A stretch of 64,000 nt of DNA from Takakia lepidozioides (taxonomy: Eukaryota > Plantae > Bryophyta): positions 9,238,001 through 9,302,000 of the forward strand of contig CM060731.1 of the NCBI GenBank assembly GCA_030704615.1, given 5' to 3'. Positions within the stretch are counted from its first letter, which is position 1. Each line of letters begins with the position of its first letter. This document shows, piece after piece, positions 1 to 12,819 of the stretch. The notes beneath the pieces were generated by a model. It made no database searches. It was not told where the DNA came from and worked only from the letters and a program-made list of their open reading frames with translations. A program made the position numbers and the translations under genes.

Positions 1-69
1 AGTGGAGTGCCCGGTCGGGGCTTTGGCGGAGAGAAGCGATCTCAAGTTAAGCTGTGAAGGCGTTGCAAG

Positions 70-2124
70 ATGAGTGTGGTGGGGCTGGATGTAGGCAATG
101 AGAACTGCAGAGTAGGTGTGGCAAGGCAGCGGGGCATCGACGTCGTACTTAACGATGAGTCCAAACGTGAGACTCCTGCAATGGTGTCGTTCGGGGACAA
201 ACAGCGGTTTCTCGGCATTGCCGGTGCTGCGTCCGCCACCATGAACCCCAAGAATACGATTTCCCAGGTGAAGCGGCTTATCGGGAGGAAATTTCAGGAC
301 CCGGAGGTGCAAAGAGATCTGCATTTGTTTCCGTTTTCTGTCACTGAGGGACCTGAGGGTAACCCGTTGATCAATGTGCAGTACCTGGCGGAGAGTAGAA
401 GTTTTACGCCAACGCAGATTCTTGGGATGATCCTGTCAAATCTGAAGACTATTGCCGAAAAGAATCTGGGGACTTCAGTCGTAGACTGTGTAATTGGAAT
501 TCCTGTGTATTTCACGGAGCTACAGCGGCGCGCGTATCTAGATGCTGCGTCGGTGGCTGGTCTTCATCCGCTGCGTCTTATGCACGAAACCACGGCCACT
601 GCCCTGGCATACGGAATATACAAGACGGATTTGTCTGACACGGATCCAATTAATGTCGCCTTTGTTGATGTTGGCCATGCAAGCTTGCAAGTTTGCATCG
701 CTGCCTTTAAGAAAGGTCAGCTTAAGATTCTGGGCTCTTCTTTTGATCGCTCTCTTGGTGGTCGGGACTTTGATGAGGTTCTGTTCAACTATTTCTCGGA
801 GAAATTTAAGGAGGAATACAAGATTGACGTACCAGCAAATGTTCGAGGAAGCCAGAGGCTTCGTGCTGCCTGTGAAAAAGTGAAGAAAGTTCTCAGTGCA
901 AATCCTTTAGCACCACTCAATATTGAGTGTTTGGTGGACGAGAAAGACGTCAGAGGGGTCATCAAAAGGGATGAGTTTGAGGAGTTGTCTGCACACATAT
1001 TGGAGCGAGTGAAAGGCCCTTGTGAGATTGCCCTGGCTGAATCAAAACTAAGTCCTGACAAGATTAGTGCTGTTGAGGTCGTTGGATCTGGCTCTCGTGT
1101 CCCGGCAATTCTGAAAATTCTTGCTGCAGTTTTCGGGAAGGAACCAAGCCGCACTCTCAATGCTAGTGAATGCATTGCTCGTGGGTGTGCCCTTCAGTGC
1201 GCTATGCTCAGTCCCACGTTCCGAGTCCGAGAGTTTGAGGTATTTAGTGCAACTTTTGGCCCAAATAATACTGTTTTTGTGCTGCTTACTGTGGTGGAAG
1301 ATTTCAGAAAGTTAGTTTTAGGGTAGTGCCACCTCAACCTATTAATTTCAATTGCAATCTGGTACCCTATATACGGTGTTGTAAGGTCTGTTTCAATTTA
1401 TACTGCCTTGGATGATCAGGTACAAGACTCCTTTCCGTTTCCAATTGCGCTGTCATGGAAGGGATCTGCTCCAGAGTCTGATGGTGGAGAAGGAACTTCT
1501 CCGAACAGTGTCGTCTTTGTAAAGGGCAACCCTGTTCCAAATACCAAAATGTTAACTTTCTACAGATCAGGGACTTTTGCTATTGACGCACTATATGCAG
1601 ACACAAGCGAATTGCCTCCTGGCACTCCGGCAAAGATCAGCACTTTCACGGTATGAATCCTATATTCTCAAGATGTTGCTCTTGGTTGAGGTTGTTTGCA
1701 ATGTAGTTGTAGGAGGATAGATGTGCGAAGCTAACAAGGTTGTGCCAGTGTGGAATCATGCTTCTTCGGGAATGCTCTGAGAGTATCAAAGGTCATCCAA
1801 GTGAGTGAAAGGTGTTCCATTTGTTGAGCTGTAAGGGAAGTTTGTTCTTTCCCTAACAGGCAGCAAGGGGGAATTCTGGTTCTGCTGTTTATTTTTTCGA
1901 TGCTTTTAAGGACTCCAGTTTTGACAACTCACAGGGTTGAATCTATCTGCTGTTTGAGAGCATGATCTACTTCCAGTGTCCGAAGTTGAAAGAGGACCCT
2001 TTAGTATAGTTGTGGGAAGAGTGAGTGTGCCTCATAGGAGAGATGAAGCTACTATAGATGGAATAATCATGTAGTCCATCTATTCCAACAAATCATATGG
2101 AGCTCACTTTTGTTGGTTAGGTTT

Positions 2125-2161
<37 letters not shown>

Positions 2162-5100
2162 GGGGCAATCTGAAGACAGTATTCATTTTCTGATACACTG
2201 TCCGGGGTTCTCTCACCAAAGAGACGCTCTCTTCAAATCTATTAAGGGTATTGTGCCTGTACCCCTGTTTACCAACTTTGAAAGTCTCGAGGCTGAGCCA
2301 AAAGCCCAGGCCCTCCTGAGGCCTAGTTTTTGGGCAAATCACACACAGCAGATTGGTGCTTGTGTGAAGGGATTTCTAGAGGATATCTGGAAAACCCGGA
2401 TTAATTTTATATATGGAGGTAAGTCTTACTACCAACGTCAGCCCCTGACAGATGTAGGTTCTGTCCCTTTTGTTCCCGCTCAAACTGGGCGCAGGGTCAA
2501 TGGCCACAAGGCTACGGCAAACAACGTCTTATGAGTACAATCTCTCAGTGGGACTCAAGGGTCTACCCACTCTTGGCACTAGACTGAAATTTAAACTCAC
2601 GGCAGGAAGCCTACCTTTGAACAGCAAACAGAAGCAGAGAGGAAAGGGAGAGTGCAATTGCCCGTTGTGTGGGCAACCTGAAGACAATATTCATTTTCTG
2701 ATACACTGTCCAGGGTTCTCTCACCAAAGAGACGCTCTCTTCAAATCTATCAAGGGAATTGTGCCTGTACCTCTGTTTACCAACTTTGAAAGTCTCGAGG
2801 CTGAGCCATAAGCCCAGGCCCTTCTGAGCCTAGTTTTTGGGCAAATAACACACAGCAGATTGATGCTTGTGTGAAGGATTTCTAGAGGATATCTGGAAAA
2901 CCCGGATCAATTCTATGTATCAAGGTAAGTCTTACTACCAACGTCAGCCCCTGACAGAGGTAGGTTCTGTCCCTTTGGTTTCCGCTCAAACTGGGTGTGG
3001 GGTCAATGGCCACAAGGCTACGGCAAACGTCTTATGAGTACATTCTCTCAGTGGGACTGATGATATGAGGCAGCATTCTTTCTAGCTTCCTCCTCTTTTC
3101 ATTGTTTCTTTTTTCCATGTGACTCACCTGGGTGTGTTGCTTTCCATGTTTGAAAGCCTCTGGATGTGGCTATCTCATTTTATTTTGGCCACTACTCAAA
3201 TGTAAGTTCAGAGTTTAGTAGGCTCTCACATTGACCTACTATTCATACGAACAAGGGAAGTAAAGCATGCTCTGAATCAACAGATCGGTTCAGATTGCTA
3301 CCGCAGTTAGTCTCTGGTTTTTATTCCAGTTTTTGTGGAAGGGAAATTGTATCATTGGGAATATATGTCAAGACGCCCATTCCTGGAAGGGAGCAGTACC
3401 TGCAAGGGGAAGAGCCTTCATTCACACTGAATTAGGTATCTCTCTCTTGTATAATACCTGGATACTGGTGCAGAAGGTAACTTTAGGGGCAAGGAATGAG
3501 ACACTTCATCAACTGTGAATATCCTTATGCTGTGTGAAAATGGTATTTGGCATCCAAACCTAACGAATAGTATATTTGACCTAACTGTTTTGGAAGTTTC
3601 CCTTAAACCAGTGTAGTTTTGAGAACTGTCCTTTCCACTATAAATCAATTGCCTCTGATGAAAGATTGTTTGATATTGTGCCTGTTGATGTTTACCTCAA
3701 TCTTTTTTTCTTCGTCACCATGCTTTAAGTTCAAATTAGTTTGTGTTGTTTCTGGAGATGGTTTTGAATTGGTTTATCAACTTTGCCCATTGAATGACAG
3801 ATTTAAGATGATGCTTCTAAAGCATAATGTCACATCGATCTGAGCCCATCTTTCAATGAATGCATCTAACATTGCCCATTTTCTGGTTTCTTGAATTTAC
3901 TATTAGGGGGTAAACTTGCTTTTGTGGTAGATGCTGGGTTGCAAGTATAACCTGAGTTTTTTACAACTTTTTTCAAGCTATTATATATGTAATGACAGAT
4001 CCTTGATATGATTGTTGTATCAGGTTTTCCCTTCGTTTTATCGGCACTCCGTGTAAACTGGAATCAACCTTATTTTGAGAGACTAAGATTTGCAGTGTGA
4101 GATTGTGTCTTGACTTACCTGGCTGTATTGGCAGATTGGCCCTTTCAATCCTTCAAAAGCGGAAAAAGCGAAGCTGAAAGTCAAGATTCGGCTGAATCTG
4201 CATGGAGTGGTGTCCCTGGAGGCAGCCACGGTAAGTACGGTTTTTTGTCTTTTGGGTTCAATTAACTGCTCAACTTCAAGTTCAATGGCAGGCGTTGGAA
4301 GCTTCTTGTATGGATGGGAGAGCTGTTGATGTGTATCCTCCTTGCAGTTGATAGAAGAGGAGGAAGTGGAGCCATCCGCCACGAAGACGAAGGAAAATCA
4401 AGATCTGAAGGAAGTGTTGCCAATGGATGCTGACAAGGACGTGAATGTAGGAGAAAAAGTGGAACATCCCACAGAGGGTAAAGATACCCAGATGGAAGAG
4501 CCAGACAGTATTGATCCAGGGGTAGCGGCAGGTTCTGAAAATGGTGTACCCCTAGCCGAGGAGAAACCAGCCCAGATGGATACTGAACCACTGAAGGTAT
4601 CAGATTGTGCTCAACTGTTGGTTTAGTTTGTTTTAGCTGTGTAGCTAATGGCCCCATTGGCTCGCATGCTGCCAACGCACAAGAGTCAAGATGTGTTGGA
4701 ATCTCACAACATGGCTAGATATTTGAGCTCTACTCGTTGGTTGAGCTCAGTTGGTCTCCTCTAATCTTCCCTATCTTTGATGCATACTGTACTGAAGCCC
4801 AAAAGTCCCAAAGCTTTGAGGGCATTTTGGTTGATATCCCCTGTAATGTTAGCAATTGGCAGCTGGTCAAAACATGTATAAGTCCGGCATAAAGTGTGGT
4901 TGCACTCAGGTTAATGTTGGGCTTTGGTTCTTTACTTGTTGTCATCATTGCTACTAGATTGTCTGCTAATTTCAGTGGATGGACAGTGGTGAATTGCTCA
5001 CAGTATATTCCTTTGAGCGTTCTTCTGCTATGGTCTGGGCTATCCAATTTGCCAACTAAAGACTGCAAGGTTTTGTGTCAGTCAACTTACATTTTACAAT

Positions 5101-7834
5101 CTTTCCAGGTCTGTAAATTGGGTTTTAGTATTTAGCAATCACAGATTAGTCGGTTCAGTCAAATCTTAGCATGGAAGCTTTCATTTTGAAGCAATACAGC
5201 TATACCGGGGCCTGTTTACTGCACCTAGCACTTAGATGAAGCAAATGCCAAGGAGGTGGAGGGAAGGGCTAGTGGGATACATGGCTTTTTGTTTGTGGGT
5301 GAACACTGTAGTTTTACTGAAAGCAAGAACAGTCTCTTTGTAGGATCGTTGACTTGCTATCAATCATGGACATCTTATGGCTCTTTGCAGGGGGAGGTAG
5401 CAAAAAAGAAAAAGACAAAGAGGACGGACGTGCCAGTGAACGAGGTGGTGGTAGGGGGATTTCTACAGGCAGATTTACAAAAGGCTATTGAGAAAGAGTA
5501 TGAAATGGCACTTCAGGATCGGGTAATGGAGGAGACTAAGGAAAAAAAGAATGCTGTGGAAGCCTATGTATATGACATGCGAAACAAGGTGTGTTGAAGT
5601 CGGATTTCCCTAGTTTATCACGGATATACTTCTGAAATACAATTTGAAGGAGAGGGTCTTGGTCATGTGTCTGTCATGCAGGTGTTGAGTAGCATGTCTC
5701 TTTCAAGAGAGATGTATGTGAGACACATGGTGTGTCACTAGTACAACAAGGGCATGTGTGCATAGTGTAGTTGTAATTGTGGCTTTGTTTATCTTGCATT
5801 GGAAGAAGAAAGACAACACTTCCTCAGCCTTTATTCTGCCAAATGCAATTTTGTGACAATACATGCTATTTGCAGCAAAGTGATGTTGTATTTTGTGTAT
5901 CAGCTTCATGAGAAACTACAAGAATATGTAACGGATCATGAACGAGAGGAGTTGTCTGCAAAGCTTCAACAAACTGAGGACTGGTTGTACGAGGAGGGGG
6001 AGGATGAGATCAAAAGCGTGTATGTCGCCAAGTTGGAAGAACTCAAGAAGGTACCAGATTGGGATTTTGGTCATTGTCGGATATTCTGTGCAGTTGGTGG
6101 TTTCTGAGCCTTCAAGTTACTCCTTCCTTTTCTAGTGGATTCTTTGCTAGTCTTAGTACTGCCATGACACTTGGAATCTTTCAAGTCCCTTTCAAAATGT
6201 TCTGAGCTTTTGCTGTGCAGCTGTGTGCAGTAGTAGGTCATGTGTACAATGCACATCATGTTCAGATGCATGATGGACATTCTGATGGGACCTTGTTGAA
6301 ATCTGCAGCTTGGGGACCCAGTAGTGCAAAGACAAAAGGAGGAAGAGTCACGGGGGCCAGCTATGATGGAATTAACGTACTGCATCAATAGTTTCCGTGA
6401 AGCTGCTCAATCCAAAGATGTCAAGTTTGACCACATCGATGTTGTGGATAAAGAAAAGGTGCTTCTGTTGTTTGCCCCATAGCCTTCCTTCTCCAGGTTT
6501 AATATGGAGGGATGAAATGAAAGTACAAGCTTGTCATTGTTGATATGTTTGTTTGATTCATCCAATTTGTAGTTCTTTCTTTCCTCTCCAGGTAGTGACC
6601 GAATGCAACAAGGCGGAGGACTGGTTCAAGGATAAGAAGCAACAGCAAGATTCACTGCCAAAATCAGCAAATCCAGTGCTTCTCTCAGCAGAACTTAAGA
6701 AGAAGACGGAGTTTCTTGATAGGTAAGGATCTTCAAAGTTTCCAACCAGCAGAAGAAGATAAACAGTCGTAGCTTGCAAATCTATTACTGGTGCAGATCA
6801 TTTTATGGACTTTGTCCAAGCTTCCTTATACATTCAACCTTGTAGTTGTCTTTGTATATGTGGCTGTCTTTCTATATCTATAAGTTACTAGTATTTTAAG
6901 ATGATTCTTTGCTTTTGGTTTATTGACAATTTGAAGGTCAATTGTCGAATTATTTTTGGTATGATGTTTCTTCACCCATAACTGGTGAACTCCCATGTAT
7001 GGGTGAAGCTTATGGCTTTATAAATGCCTGCTACCCAAAATAATCTGGCATATTGACCATCAAATTATCACAAAACCAAAACAAAAATCATCTTAAAAGA
7101 CTAGTAACAAATAGAAATAGAAAGACAGTCACAAATACAGAGACTGCAAGGTTGAATATATGTGGAAGCTTGGATAGAAGTGACCAGCTTTGGTGGGATG
7201 TTACCATAGTGGAATATTCTCAAGTGTTACGGATGTCATTTTGAAGATGATATCCCGTCAGTGCATGCACTCATCGTCAAGCCAAATGCAGGCTAGGGAC
7301 TGGCCAGGTAGAGGAATTAGACAGTGATCAGCGATTATATGAGTCTTCATATCCATACTGATAGCTTAGGTGCTCGAGGGTCTATGTGCTCAGGTAGCTC
7401 TGCTCTAATGTGTGGTTAATCGTAGTTAGTGACAATGGGAAGTCTCTGTGTCCATTGGGACTTGTGCTGTGTGGTAGAGCCTAGTCAGTGGGACCAGAGT
7501 ACCCCAAGGATAAAAGGTTGAGTCTCCATATATCCCTTTCAAACTTGTGCTGCTTCAAATGAAGATGGAATCAGCTATAGCATTTTACGCTTGATTTGGT
7601 AAGGGTGGTGATGTGGCTGGTGGCATGATATGGATGAACAGGTTCTGCAAACCGGTCATGACAAAGCAGAGGCCACTACCACCGAAACCAACAACTGCAG
7701 AATCAAAAGCCACGGAGACAAAAGAATCAGCCAATGGTCACACAGCGGCTGGCCAGGAAGTACCTACTTCTGAACCCATGGATGCTGACAATACTACATC
7801 CACACCTGGTGCTGATGCCATGCAAACAGAATAG
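70..7834 (+). CDS. Hsp110/SSE-type heat shock protein 70 family chaperone (HSP70-14/15-like), 9 exons
   Basis: N-terminus MSVVGLDVGNENCRVGVARQRGIDVVLNDESKRETP and the ATPase domain are typical of plant Hsp110. GT-AG exons read by eye: 70-1239, 1420-1650, 4135-4230, 4348-4596, 5391-5588, 5904-6050, 6309-6458, 6592-6722, 7642-7834 (TAG). Joined frame includes EYEMALQDRVMEETKEKKNAVEAYVYDMRNKL and TEDWLYEEGEDE. Confidence 0.95.
2127..2158 (+). repeat. (TC)n microsatellite in Hsp110 intron 2
   Basis: About 16 TC units seen directly. Confidence 0.95.
2161..3058 (+). mobile_element. Two tandem 5'-truncated copies of a LINE-like 3' end (zf-RVT-like C-terminal zinc finger)
   Basis: 2161-2555 and about 2668-3058 are near-identical. 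Copy 2 extends further 5' and encodes LKFKLTAGSLPLN...CPLCGQPEDNIHFLIHCP, the CxxC...HxxxxC knuckle at the end of non-LTR ORF2 proteins. Confidence 0.7.
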
Positions 7835-9510
7835 ATGATATTGGAGGGAGTTTGCTGGCATCCTTGGCCATGCACGGGACTAGTTTACTTCGAGGGATCT
7901 ATCTTTTGCACACCTCTTCCTCCACATCCTGGCATTCTCTTACTCTGTGTAGAATTCATATTTCTGTCACTCTTCCTTATGCTGCACCCTGGCCATTTTG
8001 GGATGGCTGTTCTTCAAGGTGGTGGGGTGTTCAGCACACAATTAATGCATCGATGTAGCCTAGATGGAGTAGTTGCCAATGAGGGCCGAGTACAGAGAGT
8101 GGTAGGGAGTAGAATTTATGATTGTAGTGATGAGTAGCTCTATAGGGAGAAAGTCATCTTTGGCTCTCGTTATTATTTTATGCCTGTGGCGATGATTGAC
8201 CAACCACATGGTAACAGTAAAGCAGCAAAGATTTTTCATGGTAGTACTGCCAAAGTGATTGATAGGGTTCACCTTTGGGGGCTTTAACAACACCTTGGTA
8301 AATGCTCCAGTTTATTTTGAAAAGCTTACCACATTGTCTTTCCTAGCTGTCATCACAAATGGCCACATCCATTCACTTCAGTTGCTTATGGAGTGCATGT
8401 GATGGCGGGTTGGACCAGATTCAAATACAGGCCAGGGATCTCACACCTCTTCATATCTATCTCTTTTGTTGGGCAGAACTGAAATTCCAGTCCTGGTATT
8501 GGTTCTTTGGGATTTCTTGGTGAGATGTGCACCTTGAACACATAGTAGGTTGGCCTTCGATTGTTGTTAGGCTACTTTGGGCATGCTTGCTGCATTGGAA
8601 ACTCGTTTTGAGTTTATGTGCCTGATGTACCATCCCTACATGAAGGAGGGACAGACATGTTATGTTGAGTATGTCGTGTCATGTTGAGGTGCAGACATGT
8701 TATGTAGTGAACATGCTTAACATGGATTTGTTGTACCACATGATTGGAGGGCACCTCTTTGAGCCACAACACAGGCAAGGGGATTGAGCTTGGGCCAGTG
8801 CAAATGGGATGGTGGCATCAATGCATTCAAACTCCTTGTTCCTGTCCAGAAATAGTAAGAGCCCCTCTATACTGGTGTGGAATATAGAACCTGTAAGTTG
8901 GGGTTGTTTCTTGGTTGAAGTCAAGGTGGGGATCGTTTGCAGCTTCAATTCTCTTCAAAGACTTAATCACCCATCTATAATGCTGAGATCTTGCTCTACC
9001 AGCAGGATCTCCATTCCCTATAAAGGCACCCAAATATTGGGGGTTTAATTAGGGTGCTTCTTCATTGCCAACCACATTTTAGTATTAAGGTCTTTGATGT
9101 GCCTGTTGGCCTCGCCAGTTCAGGCGGGTGGGCCTGCTTGCCTGCCGCTCCAGGAGAGACATAAGAGGACGTGAGAGTAAGGGGCATGTGACGGGGTCAC
9201 CCCACACCACATCCTGTTAGTAGATGGGGCTGCTTGCCAGCCGCTCCAGTAGAGTGTCCGCTCTCAAGAGTTTGCTGCAAGTCGGCTGTGGTGGTCCACT
9301 CTCCATGGACCAAACTCTTGCAGATCACAAGTCGGCCATGGAGGGTCCACCCTACATGTCAGGAGTCCATGCTGGAGGGTGCACTCTGCATGTCACGAGC
9401 CTCCTCAGAGCCCGCTCTGGAGGGTCCGCTCTTTAATACCCGCAACACCAGAAAACTGAGGACTACCAAAATTTTTGGGATAGAATAAGCAGTTCACAAA
9501 ATGTTTATGA

Positions 9511-12365
9511 TTAACATCTACAACATTGGAATCCATGTACAACTTGGAAGGCAATTAATTCCTTCAACGTTGTACTTGCCTCATGCCAGTATTGTGCAAA
9601 GTGATGATCCTCAATATGTCGATTGTTCGGAAGAACTTTAGTCCTAGTTGTCACTGGCAGCCAAATACGCATGATTTGGTAGTAATGTGCGAATGACTGC
9701 GGAGGACTAAATTCTTTCCAAGCTAAATCCAACATGATGGGAATTTGGTTGAAGGGCATAATCATAGCCCTACTGTACTCCCTTGCAGCTGGAGTTTTAG
9801 GTGGGTTAAAAGCAGCATTGCCCCATACCTCAGGCTGTGGTGACTGTGGTGTGGTTGTAGTAACAACAGGTTCAGCTACTGATACAGTGACTTGTTGTGG
9901 TGTTGGTGGTACTGGCTCTTGTATCATTGGCATCTCCTGCACCTCCTGTGAAGACTGAAAAGCCAAAGTTCTGGCTTGTAAATAAGAAGCCATTAGTTGT
10001 TCCTGAGGGATATAGACTCTTTTGTCGATATTTGAAGTGAGGTCCTCCACTTGAGTCTGCAGTCCGTCTACATCCTCCTGTAACTCTGCTATCCTACTAT
10101 AGACATTGTCTATAGTAGTTGTGGCAATGTTCTGCACTTGCAGTCTGAGCTCATTCATCTCGCTTTGGGTGAGCTTTCGTGGTGCTTTGCCCTCCACTGG
10201 CCCTTGTGCTAACCAGACCTGCATAAGGCTGTTATCCACCAAGTTGCTTGTGGTTCCTCTGAGAGTGTGCTCCTCTCTGAGTTTGTACACTTCTAACTGC
10301 TGTTGTAAAGCCTCCATGCGCTTCGCATGAGGTTCAACCAAATTCCCATAGGCAGCAAGTAGATTATTAGTTTCCTTCCAAGCCTTGTTAGTGACCGAGA
10401 TTTCATTTCTATTGGCCACGAGCGTTTGTTGCAACTCCAGGATGTACTTCTCTTGATCAGCTTCAATCTGCTTGTATTACTTGAAAGTATCCTCATTGCG
10501 ACAGATTGTATTCTTCATATCGACAATGAGGTTCATTTGCTCAACATTCTCTGCTTCTGCCTTTGTACATTTTTCCGCTTGACTGTTTATTTCTTTTGAA
10601 GATTGGTCAAGCATAGTTGTGAATGTAGCACATTGTATCGCCATCATGTCATGCACTGTCTGCAACTCCGTATGTAGTGCATTCACTTCTTGCAACTTGG
10701 TTTCATGCTGCACCTGCATTTGGTATAGCTGTTGCTTATGTGCTTCGTGCAACTGGTCTTGCGCGAGGCCTGCCTCAATCAATTATTCCTTGGCCAATTG
10801 CAAAGTCGTTTCTTTATTTTCCAAGTCCTGCTGCATCTTGAGAGTGACCTCTTCATCGACCTTGTTTGCACACTCAGTGGCTAGTCGAGCCTCAAACTCC
10901 TTCCTGAGTTCCTCTCTCAAGGCTGTCAATTGGGTAGTTGGAACATGGGATTTGACATAAGTCCCCAACAAATTAAGTGTCATGCCTATGGAACTCATCA
11001 GCATTGCCTATTGAGGGTCATCATGGTGAGGTTGCTGCTGTTTCTCCTAATCCTCAACCGTGTGATGTCTCACGAACCCCTCCTGGCACACCGTCTCATG
11101 TTGTTCTAAAGACATATCCTAGACGGCCTACTCAGGCCATTGTGCCACCGGATTTTCTTCCTGAACCACTTCATCCATCACCGGTGTTGCAGTGTCTTGA
11201 CATTCTACTTGTGGTACCTCCGACACAGGTGTGTGTATTATATGCACCTCAGGATTTCCCTTGGGCAATTGTTGCACCTCTGGAATCTCTGTCTCCTTGA
11301 CCAGACCAGAATATTCATAGAGAAGGTCCCCTTTTTCAATTTCTGCCACTATCTGTTCTGTAGTTGGAATATCTAACCCTTCTTTTTCCAAATCAATTAT
11401 TTCTGGTTGAGCTGCATGGACAACTTGTAACTTTGTGACAAGCCGATCAGCTGGCTGTGATGGCTGTGACACTGAAGTAACTTCATCTTCCCTCTCTGAA
11501 GGTCCTGCTTCCAGTAATAGCAGTTCTCTGTGCTGTTGTGCCCCTTCCTGCACATGAGCTTGGGAAACATTATCATGCGGAATCCGTGAAGCCAGTGGAT
11601 CCGCCACTACAGTCTTTCCTCGTCTCTGCCTCTTAGTCTCGGGTTGCCCTGCTAGTCCACCCTCACTGTGTGAAGAGCCTTGCTCTTCCATTGCAGTGGT
11701 TTCTGGCTCAAACACTCCCATCTCATTTCTTTCTTGCGCATCAAGTATGTCAGAATCAAGAATTATTTGAGCAATGATTGGGCCAGACACTATGATATGA
11801 GACTTTGCGGTAGTACCTTGTAATCTTTTCATCTCCTCCACCAGTGCGTTGTACATTATGTCCGCCCATTCTACCTCTTGTCCTTTCAGGGCTTTGAGTA
11901 TTTCCTCCTTGAAGGATCTGCTCAAATACTGTTGGTTCTGTTTCATGGCAATCAGAACGTTCAATACCTGGCCTACCTCCTTTAGCCCTGGGTACACGGC
12001 CTTGGTACAAGCATAACCCTGAGTTTTAAAGAAACTCCTTTCTTGGAATAAGTCCCCTATTTGCAGTCTTGTCATGTGCTCCTCCATATGCACCTGACCT
12101 GCTGGCAATCGAAACAATTGCTGGAGGTATAGGGGAGTAATTACTAATTCAACTCCCTTCACCGTTGTTGTTCATGTCCTTGGCTCAAAGTTCTGCAAGA
12201 ATTGTAACATGTACTGTCTATGGTGCAATGTCCAATCTATGCTTTGCAATCCTTGCAATCTCAGCTCCTTCAGTATCTGTATCGCCTGTGGGGTAGCAAT
12301 CGTTTGTTTCTGCAGAATGGTGGTGCTCTTCACCCTGATTTCCTCCATTCCTCTCACTCTCTTCA
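9511..12365 (-). pseudogene. Long extra ORF downstream of pol (plant-TE-type N-terminal domain plus coiled coil), broken by in-frame stops
   Basis: ORF pieces 12172-12783, 11128-12162, 10783-11004, 10477-10782 and 9511-10434 share one frame. QFLQNF...TVKGVELVITPLYLQQLFRLP...VEWADIMY resembles accessory ORFs of plant Ty3/gypsy elements. The middle is Q/E/L heptad-rich. Confidence 0.65.
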
Positions 12366-12819
12366 TTTTAGACCCACAGAAATGTTTTGGCTGTAACAAC
12401 TGCAGAAATGTCTGTAGTGCACAAAGCATAAACGTATGGTTGCCACAAAAAGCTATGGGTAATTTCTTGTAAGCCTGTGGAGCTTGCAAGCATCGATCAA
12501 GATAAAAGCTCCGCTCTGTTCTTTCGTGTCTATGCCACTGCGTAAGTAATATTGCGAGCGTATAGTCTGTTAATTCCTCCATAGTTTCCAAGCTATAGCA
12601 TTGATGGTCTGTCCCGTCGAGACGCCCGTTACTCATAACGACGCCGCCTCTTGCGCTTAATTTCCCTCCAATTTCTTGATCCTTTCTCTGGCTTTCTATT
12701 GGATGTAACCGCTGTGACTGGATTTTAGATTTCATTTTCTTTAGTGGACTTTCCCTGCTGGATAGTCCACTAGGATCACACATGTGACAAGAATTTCGTT
12801 TTTCTGTACTTGCCGTTTG

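Noticed and set aside
9187-9447. Solo LTR or TRIM (TGTGACGGG...CCCGCAACA)
   Set aside because: Ends are imperfect inverted repeats, but flanks (GGGCA vs CCAGA) give no TSD and there is no second copy in the window.
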